Origin: Girardia tigrina
Taxonomy: Eukaryota
Length of the DNA: 63,413 nt
Direction of reading: 5' to 3'
NCBI GenBank assembly: GCA_001938485.1
Contig: MQRK01234264.1
Location: 1 to 63,413, forward strand
In this document: one piece after another, positions 51,780 through 63,413 of the stretch
Layout of the letters: each line of letters starts with the position of its first letter
Numbering within the stretch: position 1 is the stretch's first letter
Program-made: the position numbers and the translations under genes
The notes under the pieces: model-generated
Seen by the model: only the letters and a program-made list of their open reading frames with translations
What the model was told of the DNA's origin: nothing
The model's database searches: none

Positions 51780-52380
51780 CGATTTGTCAAACAAACTTTA
51801 TCATGATTCAAAATAATAAGACTTTGAATTTAGAAATCGTATCGAAAACATAAAATTCAGAACATTCAGTAAGAAATCGACATATCTCTTGAGTTTATGC
51901 TCTAATTTTGTTTATAAATTTGAATATAATGGGTGCAACGTTACATACATTAGAAAGAGGTCATCAACAGTGTAAACGTCTTCGTGAGCATGAAAAATTA
52001 AATGGTAGTAGTAAAACTGCTGAACATAAAAGACTGTAAAACTATTGTTGATACAAATATTTTTTAACCAATATGCAACCATTTTACAAATTATCTGGAA
52101 AGAGGCTCGTGTGAGACATTAATAATTAAAGTGGTTGATCCAGCAATTAATATCCAATTAAGTGACTCATCAATTTTGTTGAAAGTTTTTAGCCATAACA
52201 GCAGTTACATAATTAATTGCGCACTTGTCAGTGAACTTACATAAGCTTAACAGCTAAGATCCTAAGAGCCAGATGATGAAACATATTCTATCGAAAAATA
52301 CTGCATTAATAAAATAGTTTCTTTAAAAATGGCGTTTTTGTTTACTAATTATGAAATTGCTGCTTCAATGATATAAAACA
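51780..52380 (+). mobile_element. Degenerate Penelope 3' fragment
   Basis: LCSNFVYKFEYNGCNVTYI, KRLREH, CETLIIKVVDPAINIQ..LKVF*. The downstream AAAATGGCGTTT motif is shared with the other copies. Confidence 0.75.
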
Positions 52381-53680
52381 TGCTAATTAGAAAGTAAAAT
52401 ACGACTGCGTTAATTTTTGTATTATAGAGAATATGTTTATAAATCCCAGGCGAAATTTAATGACGATTCTGCGATTAAGCAATAATTATTCAATAAGGAA
52501 ATTATTCATTAATTTTAGAGTACCATGCAATATTTACAAACAATTCATGCACGATTTGAGTTGCTATATACAAATTATAAACAAACTTATAATATCTGAA
52601 GACTTTTTCAACGTTTTTGTGCTTTCTTAAAACTTTTAAGTGATATGTCAAAAAATTATATTATTCTACTTTTAATTTGACTAATTTATCTAATTTAATT
52701 ACGAAATGAGACAAAAATTTAATATTTATACTTAAATATTTAATATTTATAAGTAAATAAATATTATTCCGATAATGACAGAATAACTCGAATAAATGAG
52801 TTTAGTTTTAAATAGCAATGTTCAGTCTTTAATAACACAAAAATATGTAAAATAACTCCAAAAATAAAAACTTTTCAAATTTCAAATTTGAATCAAGCAC
52901 AGGTTTTAGATATATTTTTCAATAAGCAGACGTTTTTTAATGTTAAAATGAAGAAGATCAGCAGATGATAGTAGAATCATTGATATTTGTTCAGAGTTTG
53001 ATATTTTGTGATAACAAATAGTAAAATACAAACTAGCTTCAAGTAACTTATTTTAAATCCTTTGTTATAAAACTACAAAAATGAAGAAAATATTCTGTGA
53101 ATTATTTTCTAATTAATAAATATAATAATGTAAAAAAATCATACAACATTGAAATGATTTATTATTAACGCATGATTAATTTAGACGGATCGTCTGTCAT
53201 AATTAGACGAAATAAATAATAAAAAAAACTATGTACATTTATGTTAGTTAAATAATTAGTTGAAGTCATTGAAAGCATAATCCCAAATTTATTATAAACA
53301 AAATTCGAAATCTTCTACTTCGTATCCTACTTTAATAATCATTTCGCCGATTTATATTATTTAAATTTATTTATCAAATTAAAAATTCTTTTTTTTAAAT
53401 TTTTTTTAAAATTATATTTTAAGATTTTAAATTATTTAAATCTCGATCAGCGAAATAGAAATTCACTAACTCCTCATAATATACATGAAAGTAACAATTA
53501 TGAATTATCTATGTAAAATTTTTTTTTATTTAGTTATTATTACTATTTAAATATTTTTAACGAAATGAATGAGTGTCAATGAGATTGTGTATTCTCCCCC
53601 AGAGTAATTTCCTAAATTAAAGCACAAAATCTTTAAATTTTTTATTTCAAGATTACGTCAACATTTCTTTTCATGCTCAT

Positions 53681-54124
53681 TGTGAGGAATATTTGGAATG
53701 TTGATGTTTTCGTGTTTGAATGTTGTGTGTTGATGTGGTATTGTGTCTATCCTACTCAGATGGCTCATTAATATTTTAAATTTTAGTACCTGAAACTAAT
53801 TTTTTCATATTTACATTTTAATATTCAAAATTTTTTAAATTTATTATAACTGAAATTTTAAATGCTTTTATTAATTTTAATTTTAACGTTGTAATTTACT
53901 AAATCAAATTAATATTTTTAAATGTTTAATAGTAATTTTACTTTAACCAATAACATTTGTAGTAAATATTTAAAATAGATTATGTAAGTTCAAATTAATC
54001 CATATTTTTGGATGAAAGGTATAAAACTCTGATCGATAAATACGAGCGAAAGCATTACTACAAATTGTCACAAAGATTATTTAAATTATAATAAATGTTG
54101 TATCAAATGTTGTAACACTCAACA
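53681..54124 (+). mobile_element. Solo LTR related to the Gypsy LTR at 39716
   Basis: Starts TGTGAGGAATATTT like 39716, aligns along its length and ends CTCAACA. Confidence 0.8.
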
Positions 54125-54299
54125 ATATTGCTACTAACTATATCTTCAATTGGATTCTTGAAGTTGTTTGAACAGATAACGTGAAGTCTTGCCACAAAAA
54201 TAAATCACTGTACAACTTATTATTAAAAAAAACTCAAAAACTATAAACGATAAGCAAATAATTCTTTTTGTAATTTAAAACTAATTAATATAAGTTTAT

Positions 54300-55433
54300 G
54301 TTGAAAAATATTCGGTTTATATAATTATTGTTATTGCGCTTTATTTAAAACGGAACTAAACAAAAGAATACAGATAGTATTGCTGATGACCAAGTTAGAT
54401 TTGCCGAACATTGGTTATTCTACATTTGAAAGCTGAAAATAGAAGAACATTCCACACAGAATCAAACTTTTATAATAAAGTCAAATAAACTAAGTGTTAA
54501 GGATAAGCAAAGTGTGGAAGACCTTGTATTCATAAACACTTCTAAAATCTCCATACGGCAAGATGCTGACGATGTTGGCGTATGATACAGTTATGTTCGT
54601 AGAGTGGTAAGGAACGATTTGAATTTCTTCTCGTACCAAATTCAGGTAACAAGTTTTACATAAGGAGGATCAAGCATTAAGAGGCCACATTGATAATTCA
54701 ATTTAGAAAGAAATCGACAATGACTTCACCTTTCTCGATAAAGTATGTTTTTCTGATCAAAGTACCTTTAGGTTAGATGGGACAGTCAACCAACACAATT
54801 GACGTATTTGTAGATTCAAAAAACCAATATAAACGCTGCAAACATGTCATACTAGCCTAAATATTAATGTCTAAATTGGATTTTCATGTAAAAAAGTTTA
54901 AGGCCCTTCATTATTTGATACGAAAATCTGCGGTCAAAATTATCTAGATATTTTAAATTGATGCTTCATTTCTTAATTATCCCGACTGTAGAAAAGAAGT
55001 TCATCTTATAAAAAGATGGGGCTCTTTCCCACTAAGCATCGGATGTCAGGAAATAATTAAATGAATAATTTCTAGGACGATGGCTCATTCGACGTGGACA
55101 AATGGTCTTGCCTGTCAGATCAACAAACTTATCTCCTTTGGATTTTGTTGTTTGGAGTAATTTAAAAACCAAGTTTACACAACGAAACGACAGAAAATAA
55201 GCAGTTGAAAACCAGAATCAATGATGAAGCCAAAAATACTACTCGAGAAATGTGCCAAAACACTATTACCTGCCTTAATGAACGCCTAGTAGATTGTGTT
55301 GACATTAATGGAAATGTTGATTCTAAATAATTTTTAAAGCAGTTTTAAATTACAAAAAGAATTATTTTGTTTATCATTTATAGTTTTGACTTGTTTTAGT
55401 AATAAGTTACATAACTATTTTTTGGACACCCTG
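54300..55433 (+). mobile_element. Degenerate Tc1/mariner (Tc3/maT-like) element
   Basis: FSDQSTFRLDGTVNQHN*RI, DGALSH, PVRSTNLSPLDFVVWS. Right terminus TTTTTGGACACCCTG|TA. Confidence 0.8.
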
Positions 55434-58400
55434 TATGTACATGTAGTTTTTTCATTACTTGTTTTGTCTAGTGAATGCAGGTGATCCGCCAAAATTAATC
55501 ACCTTATGTTGATAAAAAATCATTTCAATTGTGTTATAAAAGTAATTTACCGTTATAATAATGTATGATGGTGGCTTTAAGATTGCATTTAAAAATTTTA
55601 ATTTAGGTAAATATGTATCCCGATAAGATGTGGAATAAGAATATTTCATACACTTGTGTTATGATTTGCGTTCATATAATTAGTATTTATGTAACAATTA
55701 ATATTAATTTTCGATTTATTTGATAATCCGTAATTCGAAATAGATATAATGTAAATAGATAAAACAAAACTATTCAATTATATGTTATCGTATAATTTTC
55801 ACTAAACTTTAAGTGTTTTACTTATATAAAAGACTTAATTAATTATGTCGTGCTTAATTCTTCACATTAATTTTTGTATTTTGAAATCCTTTTTAAGACA
55901 AACAATCTTTCATTAATACTGTGGATATGAAAAAAAAATCAAAGATGCTTAGAAAAATTTAAACTGTCCCACCAAACTCAAAGATGTCAGTTTAAGATAT
56001 ATTACATTATGACAGAAGAATATAGTAAATATATAGACAGAATTGTATAGTAAATAACCTCTTCGATCAAACCGACCAACTGTAATGTACATATCGTAAG
56101 CGCCTTTTCTCTACAATGGACTAAAATTTTATTATGCCATGAGTCTACAACTCCTGAAACTAATCTATCTAATTATAATTGTAAACCTAAACTATTGTTA
56201 TGATAAATCAGTTAACATTCTCTATGTATAATTTATAAAGATGTGAAAACACATCTCCCGAAAGCAAATAAAATTAAGGAACATTATTTATCTGCTAATT
56301 TTGAAAACTTTTTAACCTTGTGATTCATTTTTATCTTTTCTTTTTTTCCCTCTCTCTTTGTCAAAATATATTTTAAACAATAATTTTATTTGCCACCATA
56401 TTCTTTGAATTAATAATATTCTATTTTTATTTACACAATTCTCGTTTCATCTATGAATTTTACTTATTGTTTGAACCAACACAAGAAAATCGATAATAAA
56501 ATACAATATGATCAAATATAAAATTGTGTCAAGTCCCAAGCGAATCTCTGCCCACAGAAGCCACAAAGTCAACCAATTCCACTGAAGGAAACTCTCGAAC
56601 CAATCCCAAGCGAATGTTTTCATTTGATTTTATTTATAATTTATCGATTTTTATTAATTATTGAAATTTTAATGATTTTCTTACCTAATTAAACAAAAAC
56701 CGTAAAATAACAGGAAAAAATTCTTTAATTGATCATTATTTTATACGTTTATGAAATCTTAGTTTTAATTAAGACTTGTTATTGGGAATTAAACCAAGAA
56801 TTTTTTCAACAATTTCTACAAATTAATTTAAAGCGAAAGTAAATGTATTGTTATAAAGGCATTACTTTAGTTCATATTAGCATTGACAAAATAATAAATA
56901 AAATCCCAAAATATTATTTCTCTTTATTTAACGTTATTCTCTCTTCGAAAGAAAGTTGTCACTTGGATGAAGGAATGGTCCATTAGATTGCAGAAGTGAT
57001 ATATTCTATCTTACTGACAAAGATTCGATACAACTTGCGTTATCTATCAAACTTTAACAAATAAAAATATATTTCACTGAAACATAAATTAAATTAACTT
57101 AAATTGCCTAATATATCGCATCTATTCATTCTCTTTTGCATAAAATCAATAAGTATTTTATATTTGTTCTTTTTAAAATATACATGCCCTTACCGTTGTG
57201 ATATTTAGGCAAACGAAAAGTAACCTCCGCATAACAGAAAGTTCATTTTAAACATAAATAAAGTTGACGCTACTTTAATACAACTTGTTTGAATGTAAAA
57301 TAAAAAGACACATTCAATTGAATTAATCAAAATATTTTTGGTATTTTTTAAATATTTCAAAGTAAAAATTAATTGAAAAAAAACCAATATTCGCATCATT
57401 TTTCTTTGGTTCTTTAACTGTTTCAGCTTGGTCATTCGTGTATAAAAGTTCAAATAATATTATATAAATGAACCATATGAAATTTGAAGGACAATTGATA
57501 CATTCTGTAGATATTAATCTACTTTGAAATATTTTCTTAAACGATTTCGAGAACAATTTAAACAAAATAAAAATGTCTTATAATTTGTTATAATTGACAG
57601 CAAAACATACTTTTGAGTAAGAAACTAGTATAAAAGGGTATAATATAAATAAGTACGAAAATATATTTTTGGAGTTTTTTATGCTTATTACCTACAGAAG
57701 AGAAACAGAACTGACGACTATAACTGTCCACAAAAATGTTTAAAATATTAAATATGTACTAAAAATTTTTCATTTTCATTTTTTATTGACAGAAAAAACA
57801 GGCTTGTATATTTGAAATACATTGAAAAAAAAAATGATTGTAAATGTTTACAAAAATCATTGCTTAGTAATTTTTGGTAAAGAAAAACATTAAATTATTT
57901 TATAAATTCAAAAAAAATAATTAAATCTGGAAAAATCTTTTTGGTGAAACTAACATGGTACAGAGGAATAACCCGTGCTTCTATTCAAAATTAAAACCAC
58001 TACATGTTAATCAATAAAAAAATCATTTTATTGTTCAAATTTAATTACCAATCATAGTAGAACGCAATTCAATAAATATAAAAAATCTTAAAAAAATAAC
58101 ACTGAAAATAGCGGATATTGTATCGACTCGTATTTTAATATGTCCTGGTCGAGTCTGTGGTCACTGTGTGCCAGCACACCCCAATAATAATTACATTTAG
58201 ATAAATATTAATTATTTAAATATTTAATATTCACTATTAAATGACAGGCATAATGTAATAATATTTATTTATTGTTTTATAAATCTGTTGATTATATTTC
58301 TGTTGAATATATTTTAGATAAGTAATTATTAATTAATAAAGGTTGTTACTCATTTTAATGTTGTAAATTAATTCGGTGGTTAAAATGCCACAAGTAAATA

Positions 58401-58499
58401 ACAAAAAATAAACTAAATTTCAAAGGTTAAAAAATTAAAATAAAATAGATAACACAAAATGATGGTTTGAAAAGAGAAAAACACATACAATGATAAAAT

Positions 58500-59180
58500 T
58501 CAATTTAAAATGCAAACCCCTAGTATCTTTTGAGTCGAACGTTTAGTTTTTTCTACGTCGTTTTCGTAGTCTCAAATGTTACTGAATAGGTGATATACTG
58601 CTATATATCGATAATTCTATTTCTAATTTTATGTACAACAATTTAGATGCAAAAAAATTTTAAAGGATGTTAGACCAACAATTTCCTAATCCAACTTGTC
58701 AAACAAAAATCAACTGTTAATTCACCTCAATTAAGATGTTATATTTATTTAAAATCAAGAAAAATCCATCAATCTCAAAAGGTAATTTGGACACAGACGT
58801 CTCGGATGAAACTCTTCCAGTCCACCATTGCACGAGTAACGCATTTATTTTCTCTCGATAAAAAATGAAATAGAATATGATCGCAAATTATCAGTACTAT
58901 GACTCTTTATTGAGCATCTTAAACACATCTATCTTTTAACCTTATCATATATTTCTCAGATAATAGATTTCTTCAACAATCCATATGTTCATTGGAAACC
59001 AATAGTCCCTTCCAAAATTCTTGTCTGATAAAACAATTCATTCAAATTAGAATACAAATAATGCAACTAATATCAATTGGCCATTGTTCATGGCTACCTT
59101 CTATAGATAGAATGATTTCGATATCTGCAGCATGTTTTGTGTTTTGAGGAAGAAAATTTTGTATGCTATGCAATACTTAT
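58500..59180 (-). mobile_element. Old Merlin-like transposase remnant
   Basis: RAMVDWKSFIRDVCV resembles the Merlin T.VDW.NF.REVC helix upstream of VEIDE. Heavily decayed. Confidence 0.45.
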
Positions 59181-59186
59181 CGATAA

Positions 59187-59490
59187 CTAAGATCATAATT
59201 AAAATTTTTCGGGGGGAGGAATTTTTAAATTTTTAAAATAATAATGGTTTTTGATAGTTCTTAATTTATAGCTCAAACATTTTAACTTATTCTTATTAAA
59301 TATTAAAACTTAGATGTAATTAAGATCATGATTAAAATTTTTGGGGATGGGGAGATTTTCTTAAATTTTTAAAACATTTTAGAGAGTTTACAATTTAAAC
59401 TTAAGAATTTTAAATTATTCTTATGAATATGCTGTTACAAAACTTAGAGCTGCTAATAATCGTAATTTAAAAATTTTTTTAGGGGGGATT
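59187..59490. repeat. Three diverged ~130-bp tandem units
   Basis: TAAGATCAT.ATTAAAATTTTT.GGGG recurs at ~59188, ~59321 and ~59455. Confidence 0.65.
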
Positions 59491-59844
59491 TATTTATACG
59501 TATGCACCTGATTCAAAGCTCATAGTTCAACACCAAAATTTTATTAATATCATAACTCGAACTTTTCAAACAAATTTTCGTTATGTAAAATTTTTATCTG
59601 CCCCGTCTTTAATTAGTTTCTTCATAAATTTTATTTTACTGCAAATTTTATCAAGTTAACTTTTTTTTGAAATTTTTATTTAATCCAACTCTTTATTGTG
59701 TATTTATAAAATATATTCTAAGCACAAAAAAATTAATATTTCCATTTATATAAATATCTAATTTTAAAATTAATTTGTAAAACTATTTCATTTCTTAAAA
59801 ATACTTTTGTAGTAGCTTGATATTATAAATTTACACAATAAATT

Positions 59845-59892
59845 TTATTTATTTAATTTCGACGGTTTAACCGTCATCATCAGAACAAATAA
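59845..59892 (-). ncRNA. Hammerhead ribozyme-like fold with truncated stem III
   Basis: UUAUUUGUU-CUGAUGA-U-GACGG-UUAAA-CCGUC-GAAA-UUA-AAUAAAUAA. Confidence 0.7.
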
Positions 59893-60184
59893 TTTTTCAA
59901 ACGAAATTTACTTATATAGATAATTACTTATATAGTTAATGATTGTGTAATCAATGCGTTATAAGTACATCATTTAAAAACTTCCAACTACGTTGTAGAG
60001 AATTCAGTTTGAACGTTAATTTTAGGATCCGAAGATCTTATATATAACGCTTCACATATCACTGCCCCCCAATAATTTTTAAATTGAGTGTACAGAATTT
60101 TAAAGTGTTGTGAATTTATTCTCCTTTACAATGTCTTCTGTCCTGCAATGCTACTTCCACCTTCATTACAAATGTTTTCCTGTA

Positions 60185-61675
60185 TACCCCGATTCAATTT
60201 TTTTGCAATTCACAAAATATCTAGTTTCTCAACAATCTATATATAATGTTATATATCATGCGATAGGGAATTTAAAACTGCATATTAAATATTCAACAAA
60301 TCTTTGTTTTAACGTATTACTTTAATTGTCTTTCCAATTTTGCATTTTTGAAAGTTGTAAATCGATTCAAAATTTTTGCATTAGTAATAAAAGTAAGCTG
60401 TTGTTTTTAATTTTAAAACTATATTAGTAATTTCACTTTTTACAAATCTTTAGATGACTTTATCATCTGAATTACGAAATTTAATTTATGAAAAATTAAG
60501 GGAGAACATGACCAAAGTCGACATTGCTAAGGCATATAATGTAAGTTTAAGGACCGTATATGGCATTCAAAGGCAAGGAGTAGAACCCAAACCTTCTGTT
60601 AAACGTTCGAAGAACGCTAGGAAATCAAAAGAAATTGTTAGAAGGGCTGTTAATGCATTCAAAATGAAAAATGAGCGCACATCTTGCACTAAAATAGCTA
60701 ATAAAATTATTACACCTTTCTCTAAAATTACTGTGAGACGAAACTTAATCTCACTAGGTTATAAATATGTTCCTAGTGTATGTTCCATAATTTTAAGTGA
60801 TGCTCAAAAAAAAACAGCGCGTGAAAATGGTTAGAAGCTACATAACGCAGCGCATTGATNTTCATAAAGTAGTATTTACTGATGAATCTCGTTTTTCTTT
60901 GGACGGTAATGATAATTATCATACCTGGTCAAAAAACTCACGACCTATTGTCAATAGGAGACCTTACAAAGGAGGATCCATAATGGTATGGGGTGCTATG
61001 ACTTTTACAGGTCAATTACTACTGCGTATAATCGAAGGAAACTTAAACAGCGAGAAATATTGTGATCTTCTCAGAGATGATATTTTCCCTGTCTTAAAAT
61101 CATCAATGGAGTCATTTATATTTCNNNNNNNNNNNNNNNNNNNNNNNNNNNNNNNNNNNNNNNNNNNNNNNNNNNNNNNNNNNNNNNNNNNNNNNNNNNN
61201 NNNNNNNNNNNNNNNNNNNNNNNNNNNNNNNNNNNNNNNNNNNNNNNNNNNNNNNNNNNNNNNNNNNNNNNNNNNNNNNNNNNNNAGTCTCTTTGGTCCA
61301 AAATCGAAAGTGAGGGAGAAAAGTTGACCACAAACGAACCAGATCTTTTTCAAAGGTTATATGCAAGATTTTACGAAAATATGTGTGATATATTGTGCTC
61401 AAATGGTGAACTTATAAAATAAGTGTATTTTATAATAATAAATGTCATTTATTATTAAGTTGAGTGCCTTGAAGTATAGTGCAAAAATAATGAACCGTTT
61501 TTAATGACCCAATTTTATAATAAAGATATTTCAAAGAAAAATATGTAAGTAAAGAAAAGGGTAAATATAACGTCTAATAGACATTTAAATTAGCTATTGA
61601 ATGACATATAACATTTCATATATAGCGTGATGCAATTAGATAATTTATCAATTGCAAAAAAATTGAATCGGGGTA
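60185..61675 (+). mobile_element. Tc1 element with IR/DR-like ends; transposase 60454-~61415 frameshifted at an A-run
   Basis: TA|TACCCCGATTCAATTTTTTTGCAATT ... AATTGCAAAAAAATTGAATCGGGGTA|TA. Inner repeats at ~60361 and ~61480. VFTDESRF, GGSIMVWG, NSEKY. Confidence 0.93.
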
Positions 61676-61999
61676 TATTCTCTTACAAAGATGACGTGAA
61701 GTCTCTCAAATGTATGTGGCGTTACACCCATTACATGGATATAGGTAAATGAGATCCAAACACAATCTAATTGGCGTTGGATGTAAGTTTAATATTCCTT
61801 TAACTATTTAACAGAAAATAATGATTAATTTAATAAACTTCGTTTTAAAAAAACAATGTCTGCGAAAAAGAGAAAAACATCATGGAGTGATAAATATTCA
61901 AATGAATTTTACTTTTTACAAAACGTTAAAGAAGATTGTGAGATTCTAGAACAAATAAAATGAGACTTTCTAATTTTATTTTCAAAAACAATTCTGATG

Positions 62000-62620
62000 C
62001 CGACTTTTGATAATTTAAAGAAACGACATTTTATTTATCCCACAGAGATGAAGGGAAAGTATTCTCCAATATTTGTTCGTCAGCTTTCTCAATTGCATAT
62101 GTAATTATATCAAAAATTATTGATCACATGAAATAGAAACGACATCACTCGGGCGTAAATGCTGGAAACGTAAGCAAATAAGTTTCAGATTTCTTTAATA
62201 AAATCGAAAGAAGTTCCACTGAGTTTGATATGGCAGCGAAAGAAACGATATTTTCATATCATAGCTAAACATAATTTCTCCTTTAAATCTAATGATTGCT
62301 CATTGAACCTTATTCGATTATTTTTTGAACCTAAATTCACTTTAGCCCGTTCTAAATCAGCGGCCGTTGTGAAAAATGTTCTCGCACCCTATATCCCTTC
62401 CAAAGTCATCAACATTCTAGAAGTAGCCAATTTTATTATTTTGTCACAGATACATGAAATCACGGAAATATAAAACTACTTGCTATTGTTGTCCCTACTT
62501 ACAATCCAACTCTTGGAGTATTAAATTAGAAGATCTCAATTTTTTCGATTCTTGATGAAAAATCTGAAACGATTGCCAATGATATCCTCAAAACACCCAA
62601 AGAACTCAATTTAAATGAAA
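62000..62620 (+). mobile_element. hAT-like transposase remnant
   Basis: KHNFSFKSNDC..FEPKFTLARSKSAAVVKNVLAP resembles the H..SF.S.DC...F...RTK...V..VLAP segment of invertebrate hAT transposases. Confidence 0.6.
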
Positions 62621-63150
62621 AAAATTTTAACAGAGAAAATTGTTGAACAATATAATAATGATTTAATATGCTCCGAATTCAACAAATACGTAAAAGCAAA
62701 TTATGACGTCTTTCGTAAAATTATCACAATAAAAATATCTAAATGAGAAATAAATTTAAAAATCTGATATTGTTACAGATTTATATATATATAGAGAGAG
62801 TGAAACCTCTTTATTTACCACCCTCCAAAATTTACCACTGTTTCTTTGTACGTCATATGAATATTAAGAATTATATTATGGACAATGTATTCAAATGAGA
62901 TATAAAAAGGAGAAATAAACTGTTGGAAGGTTTAAAAAATATTGAAAGGTTTTTATTTGACGAACAACACTCGAAAAAATTCAAAAAAAATAACTGATTT
63001 TTTTAAATAAATCTTATTTGGATTTTAAATCAAGATTATTAGGATTTCTTCGTTTTTTGTACTCTTATTATACATTATTAATTTAAAAATAGAGATGATA
63101 TTAATTTTTGATAATTGTCCATTTCACAAACTGGCATATACACCAAAATA

Positions 63151-63413
63151 CAGTGCGTTCAGAAAGTCACTGTGCACCTTTCATTGTCTGGTTTATTTTT
63201 AGATAATCAGCGTTGTAGCAGACTTTTTAAATGCAAATTTCTATGAAATCGAACTATGAAATAGATTCGTGAACAAAAAACATACCTATACGCATAAATT
63301 TTTAAAAAAAATATCATTTTGATATTCAATCTAATCATTGACGAAAGTCAATTTATTGCGAAGTTAATTCCAATTGAAAATGGTTTTGTCAACGGAGGAG
63401 AGAATATTTTTGA
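63151..63413 (+). mobile_element. Left end of a Tc1/mariner element, cut by the window edge
   Basis: TA|CAGTGCGTTCAGAAAGTCACTGTGCAC terminus and ATG at 63380 (MVLSTEERIF). Confidence 0.6.

Larger units (their letters stand above)
59845..61830 (-). mobile_element. Penelope 3' fragment (GIY-YIG plus hammerhead), split by a Tc1 insertion
   Basis: With the Tc1 removed it reads LIYLYPCNGCNATYI*ETSRHLCKRIQEN...HFKIL...CEALYIRSSDPKINVQ. Confidence 0.88.

Noticed and set aside
55455-55649. GGSPAF, resembling the LKB1 activation-loop GSPAFQPPE
   Set aside because: Followed by TRQNK* with no splice donor and no other kinase motifs; treated as coincidence.

Overview
AT-rich, repeat-dense eukaryotic (metazoan-like) genomic DNA with several N-gaps. 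A planarian-type flatworm is plausible but cannot be proven from the window. Two host genes are supported, both on the minus strand. One is an intronless SVIP (677-928). The other is the 3' part of a large gene, four phase-0 exons (33311-33159, 26422-26132, 14381-13620, 6928-6446) encoding a ~562-aa Ser-rich tail that ends in RFSCIQQ*, reminiscent of the LKB1/STK11 C-terminus. The rest is a layered set of mostly decayed transposons: pogo/Tigger, Tc1, mariner, a Stowaway-type DD39D element, Merlin, MULEs, hAT and piggyBac MITEs, Ty3/Gypsy remnants with solo LTRs, a 2-kb non-autonomous LTR element, RTE-like LINE fragments and Penelope (GIY-YIG) fragments. The most notable non-coding signals are self-cleaving ribozyme folds: an HDV-like ribozyme at the 5' end of a LINE (5114-5194) and minimal hammerheads in Penelope 3' ends (5883-5925 intact core; 13403-13445 and 59845-59892 degenerate). 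The HDV-like and intact hammerhead folds lie on the same strand and bracket an 805-nt chimeric unit. All calls come from reading the sequence by eye; no searches were run.
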